Of a stretch of DNA of 29,316 nt, positions 1-13,030 are shown piece after piece (the first letter of the stretch is position 1; every line of letters starts with the position of its first letter). A program made the translations under genes and the position numbers. Location of the stretch: positions 1-29,316 of the forward strand of contig NEEC01000184.1 in the NCBI GenBank assembly GCA_002189035.1. The letters are read 5' to 3'. This DNA comes from Utricularia gibba (lineage: Eukaryota; Plantae; Magnoliophyta). The notes below the pieces were generated by a model, which worked only from the letters and a program-made list of their open reading frames with translations, made no database searches and had not been told where the DNA came from.

Positions 1-3000
1 ATGATATGTGCAACATGACTCATCACCGTTGCAAGATATCCACTCGATACCGAAGAGTGCACGAGGCCACCATGAGGTTGTGGCTAGGGACACACCATGG
101 CATCTTAAATGATCATCTCGAAATCCCAAATTTCACATCGTCCCATGAAATACATATGTCTTGCATGTCAAAAATCACATTCGCATCGAGTCGGGTGTCC
201 CGAGTCACATTTTCGCGAACGTGGTGGCCACTTCGTTGCACATCTGAAGGCTAATATAAGGCAATCTTTCGAGCATTTGTGCCTCCTCGGACGAACAAGT
301 CTCAACACGAAAGAAGACCGGCTCGGAACGAGCTTCGAAACGGTATGCTATGTGCAACATGACTCATCACCATTTGCAAGATATCCACTCGATACCGAAG
401 AGTGCACGAGGCCACCATGAGGTTGTGGCTAGGGACACACCATGGCATCTTAAATGATCATCTCGAAATCCGAAATTTCACATCGTCCCATGAAATACAT
501 ATGTCTTGCATGTCAAAATCACATTCGCATCGAGTCAGGTGTCCCGAGTCACATTTTCGCGAACGTGGTGGCCACTTCGTTGCACATCTGAAGGCTAATA
601 TAAGGCAATCTTTCGAGCATTTGTGCCTCCTCGGACGAACAAGTTCTCAACACGAAAGAAGACCGGCTCGGAACGAGCTTCGAAACGGTATGATATGTGC
701 AACATGACTCATCACCGTTTGCAAGATATCCACTCGATACCGAAGAGTGCACGAGGCCACCATGAGGTTGTGGCTAGCCACACACCATGGCATCTTAAAT
801 GATCATCTCGAAATCCGAAATTTCACATCGTCCATGAAATACATATGTCTTGCATGTCAAAAATCACATTCGCATCGAGTCAGGTGTCCCGAGTCACATT
901 TTCGCGAACGTGGTGGCCACTTCGTTGCACATCTGAAGGCTAATATAAGGCAATCTTTCGAGCATTTGTGCCTCCTCGGACGAACAAGTTCTCAACACGA
1001 AAGAAGGAACGAGCTTCGAAACGGTATGCTATGTGCAACATGACTCATCACCGTTTGCAAGATATCCACTCGATACCGAAGAGTGCACGAGGCCACCATG
1101 AGGTTGTGGCTAGGGACACACCATGGCATCTTAAATGATCATCTCGAAATCCAAATTTCACATCGTCCATGAAATACATATGTCTTGCATGCCAAAAATC
1201 ACATTCGCATCGAGTCAGGTGTCCGAGTCACATTTTCGCGAACGTGGTGGCCACTTCGTTGCACATCTGAAGGCTAATATAAGGCAATCTTTCGAGCATT
1301 TGTGCCTCTCGGACGAACAAGTTCTCAACACGAAAGAACGGAACGAGCTTCGAAACGGTATGCTATGTGCAACATGACTCATCACCGTTTGCAAGATATC
1401 CACTCGATACCGAAGAGTGCACGAGGCCACATGAGGTTGTGGCTAGGGACACACCATGGCATCTTAAATGATCATCGAAATCCAAATTTCACATCGTCCC
1501 ATGAAATACATATGTCTTGCATGAAAATCACATTCGCATCGAGTCGTCCCCGAGTCATCGCGAACGTGGTGGCCACTTCGTTGCACATCTGAAGGCTAAT
1601 ATAAGGCAATCTTTCGAGCATTTGTGCCTCCTCGGACGAACAAGTTCTCAACACGAAAGAAGACCGGCTCGGAACGAGCTTCGAAACGGTATGATATGTG
1701 CAACATGACTCATCACCATTTGCAAGATATCCACTCGATACCGAAGAGTGCACGAGGCCACCATGAGGTTGTGGCTAGGGACACACCCATGGCATCTTAA
1801 ATGATCATCTCGAAATCAAAATTTCACATCGTCCCATGAAATACATATGTCTTGCATGCGAAAATCACATTCGCATCGAGTCAGGTGTCCCGAGTCACAT
1901 CGTCGCGAACGTGGTGGCCACTTCGTTGCACATCTGAAGGCTAATATAAGGCAATCTTTCGAGCATTTGTGCCTCCTCGGACGAACAAGTTCTCAACACG
2001 AAAGAAGACCGGCTCGGAACGAGCTTCGAAACGGTATGATATGTGCAACATGACTCATCACCGTTTGCAAGATATCCACTCGATACCGAAGAGTGCACGA
2101 GGCCACCATGAGGTTGTGGCTAGGGACACACCATGGCATCTTAAATGATCATCTCGAAATCCAAATTTCACATCGTCCCATGAAATACATATGTCTTGCA
2201 TGTCAAAAATCACATTCGCATCGAGTCAGGTGTCCCGAGTCACATTTTCGCGAACGTGGTGGCCACTTCGTTGCACATCTGAAGGCTAATATAAGGCAAT
2301 CTTTCGAGCATTTGTGCCTCCTCGGACGAACAAGTTCTCAACACGAAAGAAGACCGGCTCGGAACGAGCTTCGAAACGGTATGATATGTGCAACATGACT
2401 CATCACCGTTTGCAAGATATCCACTCGATACCGAAGAGTGCACGAGGCCACCATGAGGTTGTGGCTAGGGACACACCATGGCATCTTAAATGATCATCTC
2501 GAAATCCAAAATTTCACATCGTCCATGAAATACATATGTCTTGCATGTCAAAAATCACATTCGCATCGAGTCAGGTGTCCCGAGTCACATTTTCGCGAAC
2601 GTGGTGGCCACTTCGTTGCACATCTGAAGGCTAATATAAGGCAATCTTTCGAGCATTTGTGCCTCCTCGGACGAACAAGTTCTCAACACGAAAGAAGACC
2701 GGCTCGGAACGAGCTTCGAAACGGTATGCTATGTGCAACATGACTCATCACCATTTGCAAGATATCCACTCGATACCGAAGAGTGCACGAGGCCACCATG
2801 AGGTTGTGGCTAGGGACACACCCATGGCATCTTAAATGATCATCTCGAAATCCAAATTTCACATCGTCCCATGAAATACATACGTCTTGCATGTCAAAAA
2901 TCACATTCGCATCGAGTCAGGTGTCCCGAGTCACATTTTCGCGAACGTGGTGGCCACTTCGTTGCACATCTGAAGGCTAATATAAGGCAATCTTTCGAGC

Positions 3001-6000
3001 ATTTGTGCCTCCTCGGACGAACAAGTTCTCAACACGAAAGAAGACCGGCTCGGAACGAGCTTCGAAACGGTATGATATGTGCAACATGACTCATCACCTT
3101 GCAAGATATCCACTCGATACCGAAGAGTGCACGAGGCCACCATGAGGTTGTGGCTAGGACACACCCATGGCATCTTAAATGATCATCTCGAAATCCCAAA
3201 TTTCACATCGTCCATGAAATACATATGTTTGCATGTCAAAAATCACATTCGCATCGAGTCCGAGTCACATTTCGCGAACGTGGTGGCCACTTCGTTGCAC
3301 ATCTGAAGGCTAATATAAGGCAATCTTTCGAGCATTTGTGCCTCCTCGGACGAACAAGTTCTCAACACGAAAGAAGACCGGCTCGGAACGAGCTTCGAAA
3401 CGGTATATATGTGCAACATGACTCATCACCGTTTGCAAGATATCCACTCGATACCGAAGAGTGCACGAGGCCACCATGAGGTTGTGGCTAGGGACACACC
3501 CATGGCATCTTAAATGATCATCTCGAAATCAAAATTTCACATCGTCCATGAAATACATACGTCTTGCATGCCGAAAATCACATTCGCATCGAGTCAGGTG
3601 TCCCGAGTCACATCGCGAACGTGGTGGCCACTTCGTTGCACATCTGAAGGCTAATATAAGGCAATCTTCGAGCATTTGTCGGACGAACAAGTTCTCAACA
3701 CGAAAGAAGACCGGCTCGGAACGAGCTTCGAAACGCTATGTGCAACATGACTCATCACCGTTGCAAGATATCCACTCGATACCGAAGAGTGCACGAGGCC
3801 ACCATGAGGTTGTGGCTAGACACACCATGGCATCTTAAATGATCATCTCGAAATCCAAAATTTCACATCGTCCATGAAATACATATGTCTTGCATGTCAA
3901 AAATCACATTCGCATCGAGTCGGGTGTCCCGAGTCACATTCGCGAACGTGGTGGCCACTTCGTTGCACATCTGAAGGCTAATATAAGGCAATCTTTCGAG
4001 CATTTGTGCCTCTCGGACGAACAAGTTCTCAACACGAAAGAAGACCGGCTCGGAACGAGCTTCGAAACGGTATGATATGTGCAACATGACTCATCACCGT
4101 TTGCAAGATATCCACTCGATACCGAAGAGTGCACGAGGCACCATGAGGTTGTGGCTAGGGACACACCCATGGCATCTTAAATGATCATCTCGAAATCCAA
4201 AATTTCACATCGTCCATGAAATACATATGTCTTGCATGTAAAATCACATTCGCATCGAGTCAGGTGTCCCGAGTCGCATTTCGCGAACGTGTGGCCACTT
4301 CGTTGCACATCTAAGGCTAATATAAGGCAATCTTTCGAGCATTTGTGCTCCTCGGACGAACAAGTTCTCAACACGAAAGAAGACGGCTCGGAACGAGCTT
4401 CGAAACGGTATGCTATGTGCAACATGACTCATCATTTGCCACTCGATACCGAAGAGTGCACGAGGCCACCATGAGGTTGTGGCTAGGACACACCATGGCA
4501 TCTTAAATGATCATCTCGAAATCAAAAATTTCACATCGTCCCATGAAATACATATGTCTTGCATGCGAAAATCACATTCGCATCGAGTCAGGTGTCCCGA
4601 GTCACATCGTCGCGAACGTGGTGGCCACTTCGTTGCACATCTAAGGCTAATATAAGGCAATCTTTCGAGCATTTGTGCCTCCTCGGACGAACAAGTTCTC
4701 AACACGAAAGAAGACCGGCTCGGAACGAGCTTCGAAACGGTATGATATGTGCAACATGACTCATCACCGTTTGCAAGATATCCACTCGATACCGAAGAGT
4801 GCACGAGGCCACCATGAGGTTGTGGCTAACACACCCATGGCATCTTAAATGATCATCTCGAAATCCAAATTTCACATCGTCCATGAAATACATATGTCTT
4901 GCATGTCAAAAATCACATTCGCATCGAGTCAGGTGTCCCGAGTCACATCGTCGCGAACGTGGTGGCCACTTCGTTGCACATCTGAAGGCTAATATAAGGC
5001 AATCTTTCGAGCATTTGTGCCTCCTCGGACGAACAAGTTCTCAACACGAAAGCTCGGAACGAGCTTCGAAACGGTATGCTATGTGCAACATGACTCATCA
5101 CCGTTTGCAAGATATCCACTCGATACCGAAGAGTGCACGAGGCCACCATGAGGTTGTGGCTAGGACACACCCATGGCATCTTAAATGATCATCTCGAAAT
5201 CCAAATTTCACATCGTCCCATGAAATACATATGTCTTGCATGTCAAAAATCACATTCGCATCGAGTCGGGTGTCCGAGTCACATTTTCGCGAACGTGGTG
5301 GCCACTTCGTTGCACATCTGAAGGCTAATATAAGGCAATCTTTCGAGCATTTGTGCCTCCTCGGACGAACAAGTTCTCAACACGAAAGAAGACGGCTCGG
5401 AACGAGCTTCGAAACGGTATGATATGTGCAACATGACTCATCACCGTTTGCAAGATATCCACTCGATACCGAAGAGTGCACGAGGCCACCATGAGGTTGT
5501 GGCTAGGGACACACCATGGCATCTTAAATGATCATCTCGAAATCCAAAATTTCACATCGTCCATGAAATACATATTTGCATGTCAAAAATCACATTCGCA
5601 TCGAGTCAGGTGTCCCGAGTCACATTTTCGCGAACGTGGTGGCCACTTCGTTGCACATCTGAAGGCTAATATAAGGCAATCTTTCGAGCATTTGTGCCTC
5701 CTCGGACGAACAACACGAAAGAAGACTCGGAACGAGCTTCGAAACGGTATGATATGTGCAACATGACTCATCACCATTTGCAAGATATCCACTCGATACC
5801 GAAGAGTGCACGAGGCCACCATGAGGTTGTGGCTCCATGGCATCTTAAATGATCATCTCGAAATCCAAAATTTCACATCGTCCCATGAAATACATACGTC
5901 TTGCATGAAAAATCATTCGCATCGAGTCGGTGTCCCGAGTCGCATCGCGAACGTGGTGGCCACTTCGTTGCACATCTGAAGGCTAATATAAGGCAATTTC

Positions 6001-9000
6001 GAGCATTTGTCGGACGAACAAGTTCTCAACACGAAAGAAGACCGGCTCGGAACGAGCTTCGAAACGGTATGGTGCAACATGACTCATCACCATTTGCAAG
6101 ATATCCACTCGATACCGAAGAGTGCACGAGGCCACCATGAGGTTGTGGCTAGGACACACCCATGGCATCTTAAATGATCATCTCGAAATCCAAAATTTCA
6201 CATCGTCCCATGAAATACATACGTCTTGCATGTCGAAAATCACATTCGCATCGAGTCAGGTGTCCCGAGTCACATTTTCGCGAAATGTGTGGCCACTTCG
6301 TTGCACATCTGAAGGCTAATATAAGGCAATCTTTCGAGCATTTGTGCCTCCTCGGACGAACAAGTTCTCAACACGAAAGAAGACCGGCTCGGAACGAGCT
6401 TCGAAACGGTATGTATGTGCAACATGACTCATCACCGTTTGCAAGATATCCACTCGATACGAAGAGTGCACGAGGCCACCATGAGGTTGTGGCTAGGACA
6501 CACCATGGCATTAAATGATCATCTCGAAATCAAATTTCACATCCCCATGAAATACATACGTCTTGCATGTCAAAAATCACATTCGCATCGAGTCAGGTGT
6601 CCCGAGTCACATTCGCGAACGTGGTGGCCACTTCGTTATCTGAAGGCTAATATAAGGCAATCTTTCGAGCATTTGTGCCTCCTCGGACGAACAGTTCTCA
6701 ACACGAAAGAAGACCGGCTCGGAACGAGCTTCGAAACGGTATGATATGTGCAACATGACTCATCACCGTTTGCAAGATATCCACTCGATACCGAAGAGTG
6801 CACGAGGCCACCATGAGGTTGTGGCTAGGGACACACCCATGGCATCTTAAATGATCATCTCGAAATCCAAATTTCACATCGTCCCATGAAATACATATGT
6901 CTTGCATGAAAAATCACATTCGCATCGAGTCGGTGTCCCGAGTCGCGAACGTGGTGGCCACTTCGTTGCACATCTGAAGGCTAATATAAGGCAATCTTTC
7001 GAGCATTTGTGCCTCCTCGGACGAACAAGTTCTCAACACGAAAAGAAGACCGGCTCGGAACGAGCTTCGAAACGGTATGCTATGTGCAACATGACTCATC
7101 ACCGTTTGCAAGATATCCACTCGATACCGAAGAGTGCACGAGGCCACCATGAGGTTGTGGCTAGGACACACCCATGGCATCTTAAATGATCATCTCGAAA
7201 TCCAAATTTCACATCGTCCCATGAAATACATATGTCTTGCATGTCAAAAATCACATTCGCATCGAGTCAGGTGTCCCGAGTCAACGCGAACGTGGTGGCC
7301 ACTTCGTTGCACATCTGAAGGCTAATATAAGGCAATCTTTCGAGCATTTGTGCCTCCTCGGACGAACAAGTTCTCAACACGAAAGAAGACCGGCTCGGAA
7401 CGAGCTTCGAAACGGTATGATATGTGCAACATGACTCATCACCGTTTGCAAGATATCCACTCGATACCGAAGAGTGCACGAGGCCACCATGAGGTTGTGG
7501 CTAGGACACACCCATGGCATCTTAAATGATCATCTCGAAATCCAAATTTCACATCGTCCATGAAATACATATGTCTTGCATGTAAAAATCACATTCGCAT
7601 CGAGTCAGGTGTCCCGAGTCACATCGCGAACGTGGTGGCCACTTCGTTGCACATCTGAAGGCTAATATAAGGCAATCTTTCGAGCATTTGTGCCTCCTCG
7701 GACGAACAAGTTTCAACACGAAAGAAGACCGGCTCGGAACGAGCTTCGAAACGGTATGATATGTGCAACATGACTCATCACCGTTTGCAAGATATCCACT
7801 CGATACCGAAGAGTGCACGAGGCCACCATGAGTTGTGGCTAGGGACACACCCATGGCATCTTAAATGATCATCTCGAAATCAAAATTTCACATCGTCCAT
7901 GAAATACATATGTCTTGCATGCCGAAAATCACATTCGCATCGAGTCAGGTGTCCCGAGTCACATTTTCGCGAACGTGGTGGCCACTTCGTTGCACATCTG
8001 AAGGCTAATATAAGGCAATCTTTCGAGCATTTGTGCCTCCTCGGACGAACAAGTTCTCAACACGAAAGAAGACCGGCTCGGAACGAGCTTCGAAACGGTA
8101 TGATATGTGCAACATGACTCATCACCGTTGCAAGATATCACTCGATACCGAAGAGTGCACGAGGCCACCATGAGGTTGTGGCTAGGGACACACCATGGCA
8201 TCTTAAATGATCATCTCGAAATCAAATTTCACATCGTCCATGAAATACATATGTCTTGCATGTCAAAAATCACATTCGCATCGAGTCAGGTGTCCGAGTC
8301 ACATTTCGCGAACGTGGTGGCCACTTCGTTGCACATCTGAAGGCTAATATAAGGCAATCTTTCGAGCATTTGTGCCTCCTCGGACGAACAAGTTCTCAAC
8401 ACGAAAGAAGACCGGCTCGGAACGAGCTTCGAAACGGTATGATATGTGCAACATGACTCATCACCGTTTGCAAGATATCCACTCGATACCGAAGAGTGCA
8501 CGAGGCCACCATGAGGTTGTGGCTAGGGACACACCCATGGCATCTTAAATGATCATCTCGAAATCAAAATTTCACATCGTCCCATGAAATACATATGTCT
8601 TGCATGCGAAAATCACATTCGCATCGAGTCAGGTGTCCCGAGTCACATTTTCGCGAACGTGGTGGCCACTTCGTTGCACATCTGAAGGCTAATATAAGGC
8701 AATCTTTCGAGCATTTGTGCCTCCTCGGACGAACAAGTTCTCAACACGAAAGAAGACGGCTCGGAACGAGCTTCGAAACGGTATGCTATGTGCAACATGA
8801 CTCATCACCATTTGCAAGATATCCACTCGATACCGAAGAGTGCACGAGGCCACCATGAGGTTGTGGCTAGGGACACACCATGGCATCTTAAATGATCATC
8901 TCGAAATCCAAAATTTCACATCGTCCCATGAAATACATACGTCTTGCATGCGAAAATCACATTCGCATCGAGTCAGGTTCCCGAGTCACATTTTCGCGAA

Positions 9001-12000
9001 TGTGGTGGCCACTTCGTTGCACATCTGAAGGCTAATATAAGGCAATCTTTCGAGCATTTGTGCCTCCTCGGACGAACAAGTTCTCAACACGAAAGAAGAC
9101 CGGCTCGGAACGAGCTTCGAAACGGTATGATATGTGCAACATGACTCATCACCGTTTGCAAGATATCCACTCGATACCGAAGAGTGCACGAGGCCACCAT
9201 GAGGTTGTGGCTAGGGACACACCATGGCATCTTAAATGATCATCTCGAAATCCGAAATTTCACATCGTCCATGAAATACATATGTCTTGCATGTCAAAAA
9301 TCACATTCGCATCGAGTCAGGTGTCCCGAGTCACATTTTCGCGAACGTGGTGGCCACTTCGTTGCACATCTGAAGGCTAATATAAGGCAATCTTTCGAGC
9401 ATTTGTGCCTCCTCGGACGAACAAGTTCTCAACACGAAAGAAGACCGGCTCGGAACGAGCTTCGAAACGGTATGATATGTGCAACATGACTCATCACCGT
9501 TTGCAAGATATCCACTCGATACCGAAGAGTGCACGAGGCCACCATGAGGTTGTGGCTAGGGACACACCATGGCATCTTAAATGATCATCTCGAAATCCAA
9601 AATTTCACATCGTCCCATGAAATACATATGTCTTGCATGTCAAAAATCACATTCGCATCGAGTCAGGTGTCCCGAGTCACATTTTCGCGAACGTGGTGGC
9701 CACTTCGTTGCACATCTGAAGGCTAATATAAGGCAATCTTTCGAGCATTTGTGCCTCCTCGGACGAACAAGTTCTCAACACGAAAGAAGACCGGCTCGGA
9801 ACGAGCTTCGAAACGGTATGCTATGTGCAACATGACTCATCACCGTTTGCAAGATATCCACTCGATACCGAAGAGTGCACGAGGCCACCATGAGGTTGTG
9901 GCTAGGGACACACCCATGGCATCTTAAATGATCATCTCGAAATCCGAAATTTCACATCGTCCATGAAATACATATGTCTTGCATGTCAAAAATCACATTC
10001 GCATCGAGTCAGGTGTCCCGAGTCACATTTTCGCGAACGTGGTGGCCACTTCGTTGCACATCTGAAGGCTAATATAAGGCAATCTTTCGAGCATTTGTGC
10101 CTCCTCGGACGAACAAGTTCTCAACACGAAAGAAGACGGCTCGGAACGAGCTTCGAAACGGTATGATATGTGCAACATGACTCATCACCGTTTGCAAGAT
10201 ATCCACTCGATACCGAAGAGTGCACGAGGCCACCATGAGGTTGTGGCTAGGGACACACCATGGCATCTTAAATGATCATCTCGAAATCCAAATTTCACAT
10301 CGTCCCATGAAATACATATGTCTTGCATGTCAAAAATCACATTCGCATCGAGTCAGGTGTCCCGAGTCACATTTTCGCGAACGTGGTGGCCACTTCGTTG
10401 CACATCTGAAGGCTAATATAAGGCAATCTTTCGAGCATTTGTGCCTCCTCGGACGAACAAGTTCTCAACACGAAAGAAGACCGGCTCGGAACGAGCTTCG
10501 AAACGGTATGATATGTGCAACATGACTCATCACCGTTTGCAAGATATCCACTCGATACCGAAGAGTGCACGAGGCCACCATGAGGTTGTGGCTAGGGACA
10601 CACCATGGCATCTTAAATGATCATCTCGAAATCAAAATTTCACATCGTCCATGAAATACATACGTCTTGCATGTCAAAATCACATTCGCATCGAGTCAGG
10701 TGTCCCGAGTCACATTTTCGCGAACGTGGTGGCCACTTCGTTGCACATCTGAAGGCTAATATAAGGCAATCTTTCGAGCATTTGTGCCTCCTCGGACGAA
10801 CAAGTTCTCAACACGAAAGAAGACCGGCTCGGAACGAGCTTCGAAACGGTATGATATGTGCAACATGACTCATCACCGTTTGCAAGATATCCACTCGATA
10901 CCGAAGAGTGCACGAGGCCACCATGAGGTTGTGGCTAGGGACACACCATGGCATCTTAAATGATCATCTCGAAATCAAAATTTCACATCGTCCATGAAAT
11001 ACATATGTTTGCATGTCAAAAATCACATTCGCATCGAGTCAGGTGTCCCGAGTCACATTTTCGCGAACGTGGTGGCCACTTCGTTGCACATCTGAAGGCT
11101 AATATAAGGCAATCTTTCGAGCATTTGTGCCTCCTCGGACGAACAAGTTCTCAACACGAAAGAAGACCGGCTCGGAACGAGCTTCGAAACGGTATGATAT
11201 GTGCAACATGACTCATCACCGTTTGCAAGATATCCACTCGATACCGAAGAGTGCACGAGGCCACCATGAGGTTGTGGCTAGGGACACACCATGGCATCTT
11301 AAATGATCATCTCGAAATCCGAAATTTCACATCGTCCATGAAATACATATGTTTGCATGTCAAAAATCACATTCGCATCGAGTCAGGTGTCCCGAGTCAC
11401 ATTTTCGCGAACGTGGTGGCCACTTCGTTGCACATCTGAAGGCTAATATAAGGCAATCTTTCGAGCATTTGTGCCTCCTCGGACGAACAAGTTCTCAACA
11501 CGAAAGAAGACCGGCTCGGAACGAGCTTCGAAACGGTATGATATGTGCAACATGACTCATCACCGTTTGCAAGATATCCACTCGATACCGAAGAGTGCAC
11601 GAGGCCACCATGAGGTTGTGGCTAGGGACACACCCATGGCATCTTAAATGATCATCTCGAAATCCAAATTTCACATCGTCCATGAAATACATATGTCTTG
11701 CATGTCAAAAATCACATTCGCATCGAGTCAGGTGTCCGAGTCACATTTTCGCGAACGTGGTGGCCACTTCGTTGCACATCTGAAGGCTAATATAAGGCAA
11801 TCTTTCGAGCATTTGTGCCTCCTCGGACGAACAAGTTCTCAACACGAAAGAAGACCGGCTCGGAACGAGCTTCGAAACGGTATGATATGTGCAACATGAC
11901 TCATCACCGTTTGCAAGATATCCACTCGATACCGAAGAGTGCACGAGGCCACCATGAGGTTGTGGCTCACACCATGGCATCTTAAATGATCATCTCGAAA

Positions 12001-12863
12001 TCCAAATTTCACATCGTCATGAAATACATATGTTTGCATGTCAAAAATCACATTCGCATCGAGTCAGGTGTCCCGAGTCACATTTTCGCGAACGTGGTGG
12101 CCACTTCGTTGCACATCTGAAGGCTAATATAAGGCAATCTTTCGAGCATTTGTGCCTCCTCGGACGAACAAGTTCTCAACACGAAAGAAGAAACGAGCTT
12201 CGAAACGGTATGCTATGTGCAACATGACTCATCACCGTTTGCAAGATATCCACTCGATACCGAAGAGTGCACGAGGCCACCATGAGGTTGTGGCTAGACA
12301 CACCATGGCATCTTAAATGATCATCTCGAAATCCAAATTTCACATCGTCCATGAAATACATATGTTTTGCATGTCAAAAATCACATTCGCATCGAGTCAG
12401 GTGTCCCGAGTCACATTTTCGCGAACGTGGTGGCCACTTCGTTGCACATCTGAAGGCTAATATAAGGCAATCTTTCGAGCATTTGTGCTCCTCGGACGAA
12501 CAAGTTCTCAACACGAAAGAAGACGGCTCGGAACGAGCTTCGAAACGGTATGATATGTGCAACATGACTCATCACCGTTTGCAAGATATCCACTCGATAC
12601 CGAAGAGTGCACGAGGCCACCATGAGGTTGTGGCTAGGACACACCCATGGCATCTTAAATGATCATCTCGAAATCAAATTTCACATCGTCCATGAAATAC
12701 ATATGTTTGCATGTCAAAAATCACATTCGCATCGAGTCAGGTGTCCCGAGTCACATTTTCGCGAACGTGGTGGCCACTTCGTTGCACATCTGAAGGCTAA
12801 TATAAGGCAATCTTTCGAGCATTTGTGCCTCCTCGGACGAACAAGTTCTCAACACGAAAGAAG
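1..12863 (+). repeat. Left sub-array (L-type monomers)
   Basis: 38 monomer starts between 1 and ~12548. Prevailing alleles are TATGTCTTGC, ACAC(C)CATGG, GAAAGAAGACC and TTTGCAAG. Differences between copies are mostly 1-6 bp deletions and a few recurrent substitutions. Confidence 0.9.
9127..9471 (+). repeat. Representative full-length monomer (345 bp)
   Basis: Lies in the cleanest stretch (about 9.1-11.9 kb, mean period ~344 bp). Hand count: 162/345 G+C (47%), 23 CpG, five TCGA and five CATG sites. Confidence 0.97.
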
Positions 12864-13030
12864 TGCAACGAGGCCACTCGATGAAGAGTTGTCTAGGGAC
12901 ACACCATGGCATGATCATGTGACATATGATCATCACATCGCAAAGTCACGAAATTCCACATCGATACCGATACGAATAACATCGCGAGGAGGCCAACATG
13001 ACTCATGCAAGGATTGCACGCACCATGGCT
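12864..13030 (+). other. Short scrambled patch made of monomer fragments
   Basis: After ACACGAAAGAA the register is lost for ~170 bp. The sequence is a patchwork of mostly 6-20 nt pieces of the monomer (GTGCAAC, GAGGCCAC, CTAGGGACACACCATGGCAT, ATGATCAT, TCGATACCGA, CAACATGACTCAT). Register resumes at GGCTAGGACACACC. Confidence 0.85.

Noticed and set aside
9271-9345. Peptide MKYICLACQKSHSHRVRCPESH resembling the start of a C2H2 zinc finger (Y-x-C-x2-C-x-K)
   Set aside because: The conserved Phe, Leu and H-x3-H spacing are missing, and the frame is broken in many copies. It is a chance reading of non-coding repeat.
9378-9386. TATA-like TAATATAAG as a promoter
   Set aside because: It is a short AT-rich motif with no supporting context. 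Satellite transcription cannot be inferred from sequence alone.
9201-9471. Pol III A/B boxes (TGGCTAGGG, GCTTCGAAAC) suggesting tRNA, SINE or 5S rDNA origin
   Set aside because: The matches are partial and too far apart, there is no cloverleaf, no recognisable 5S coding segment and no oligo-T terminator in the expected place.
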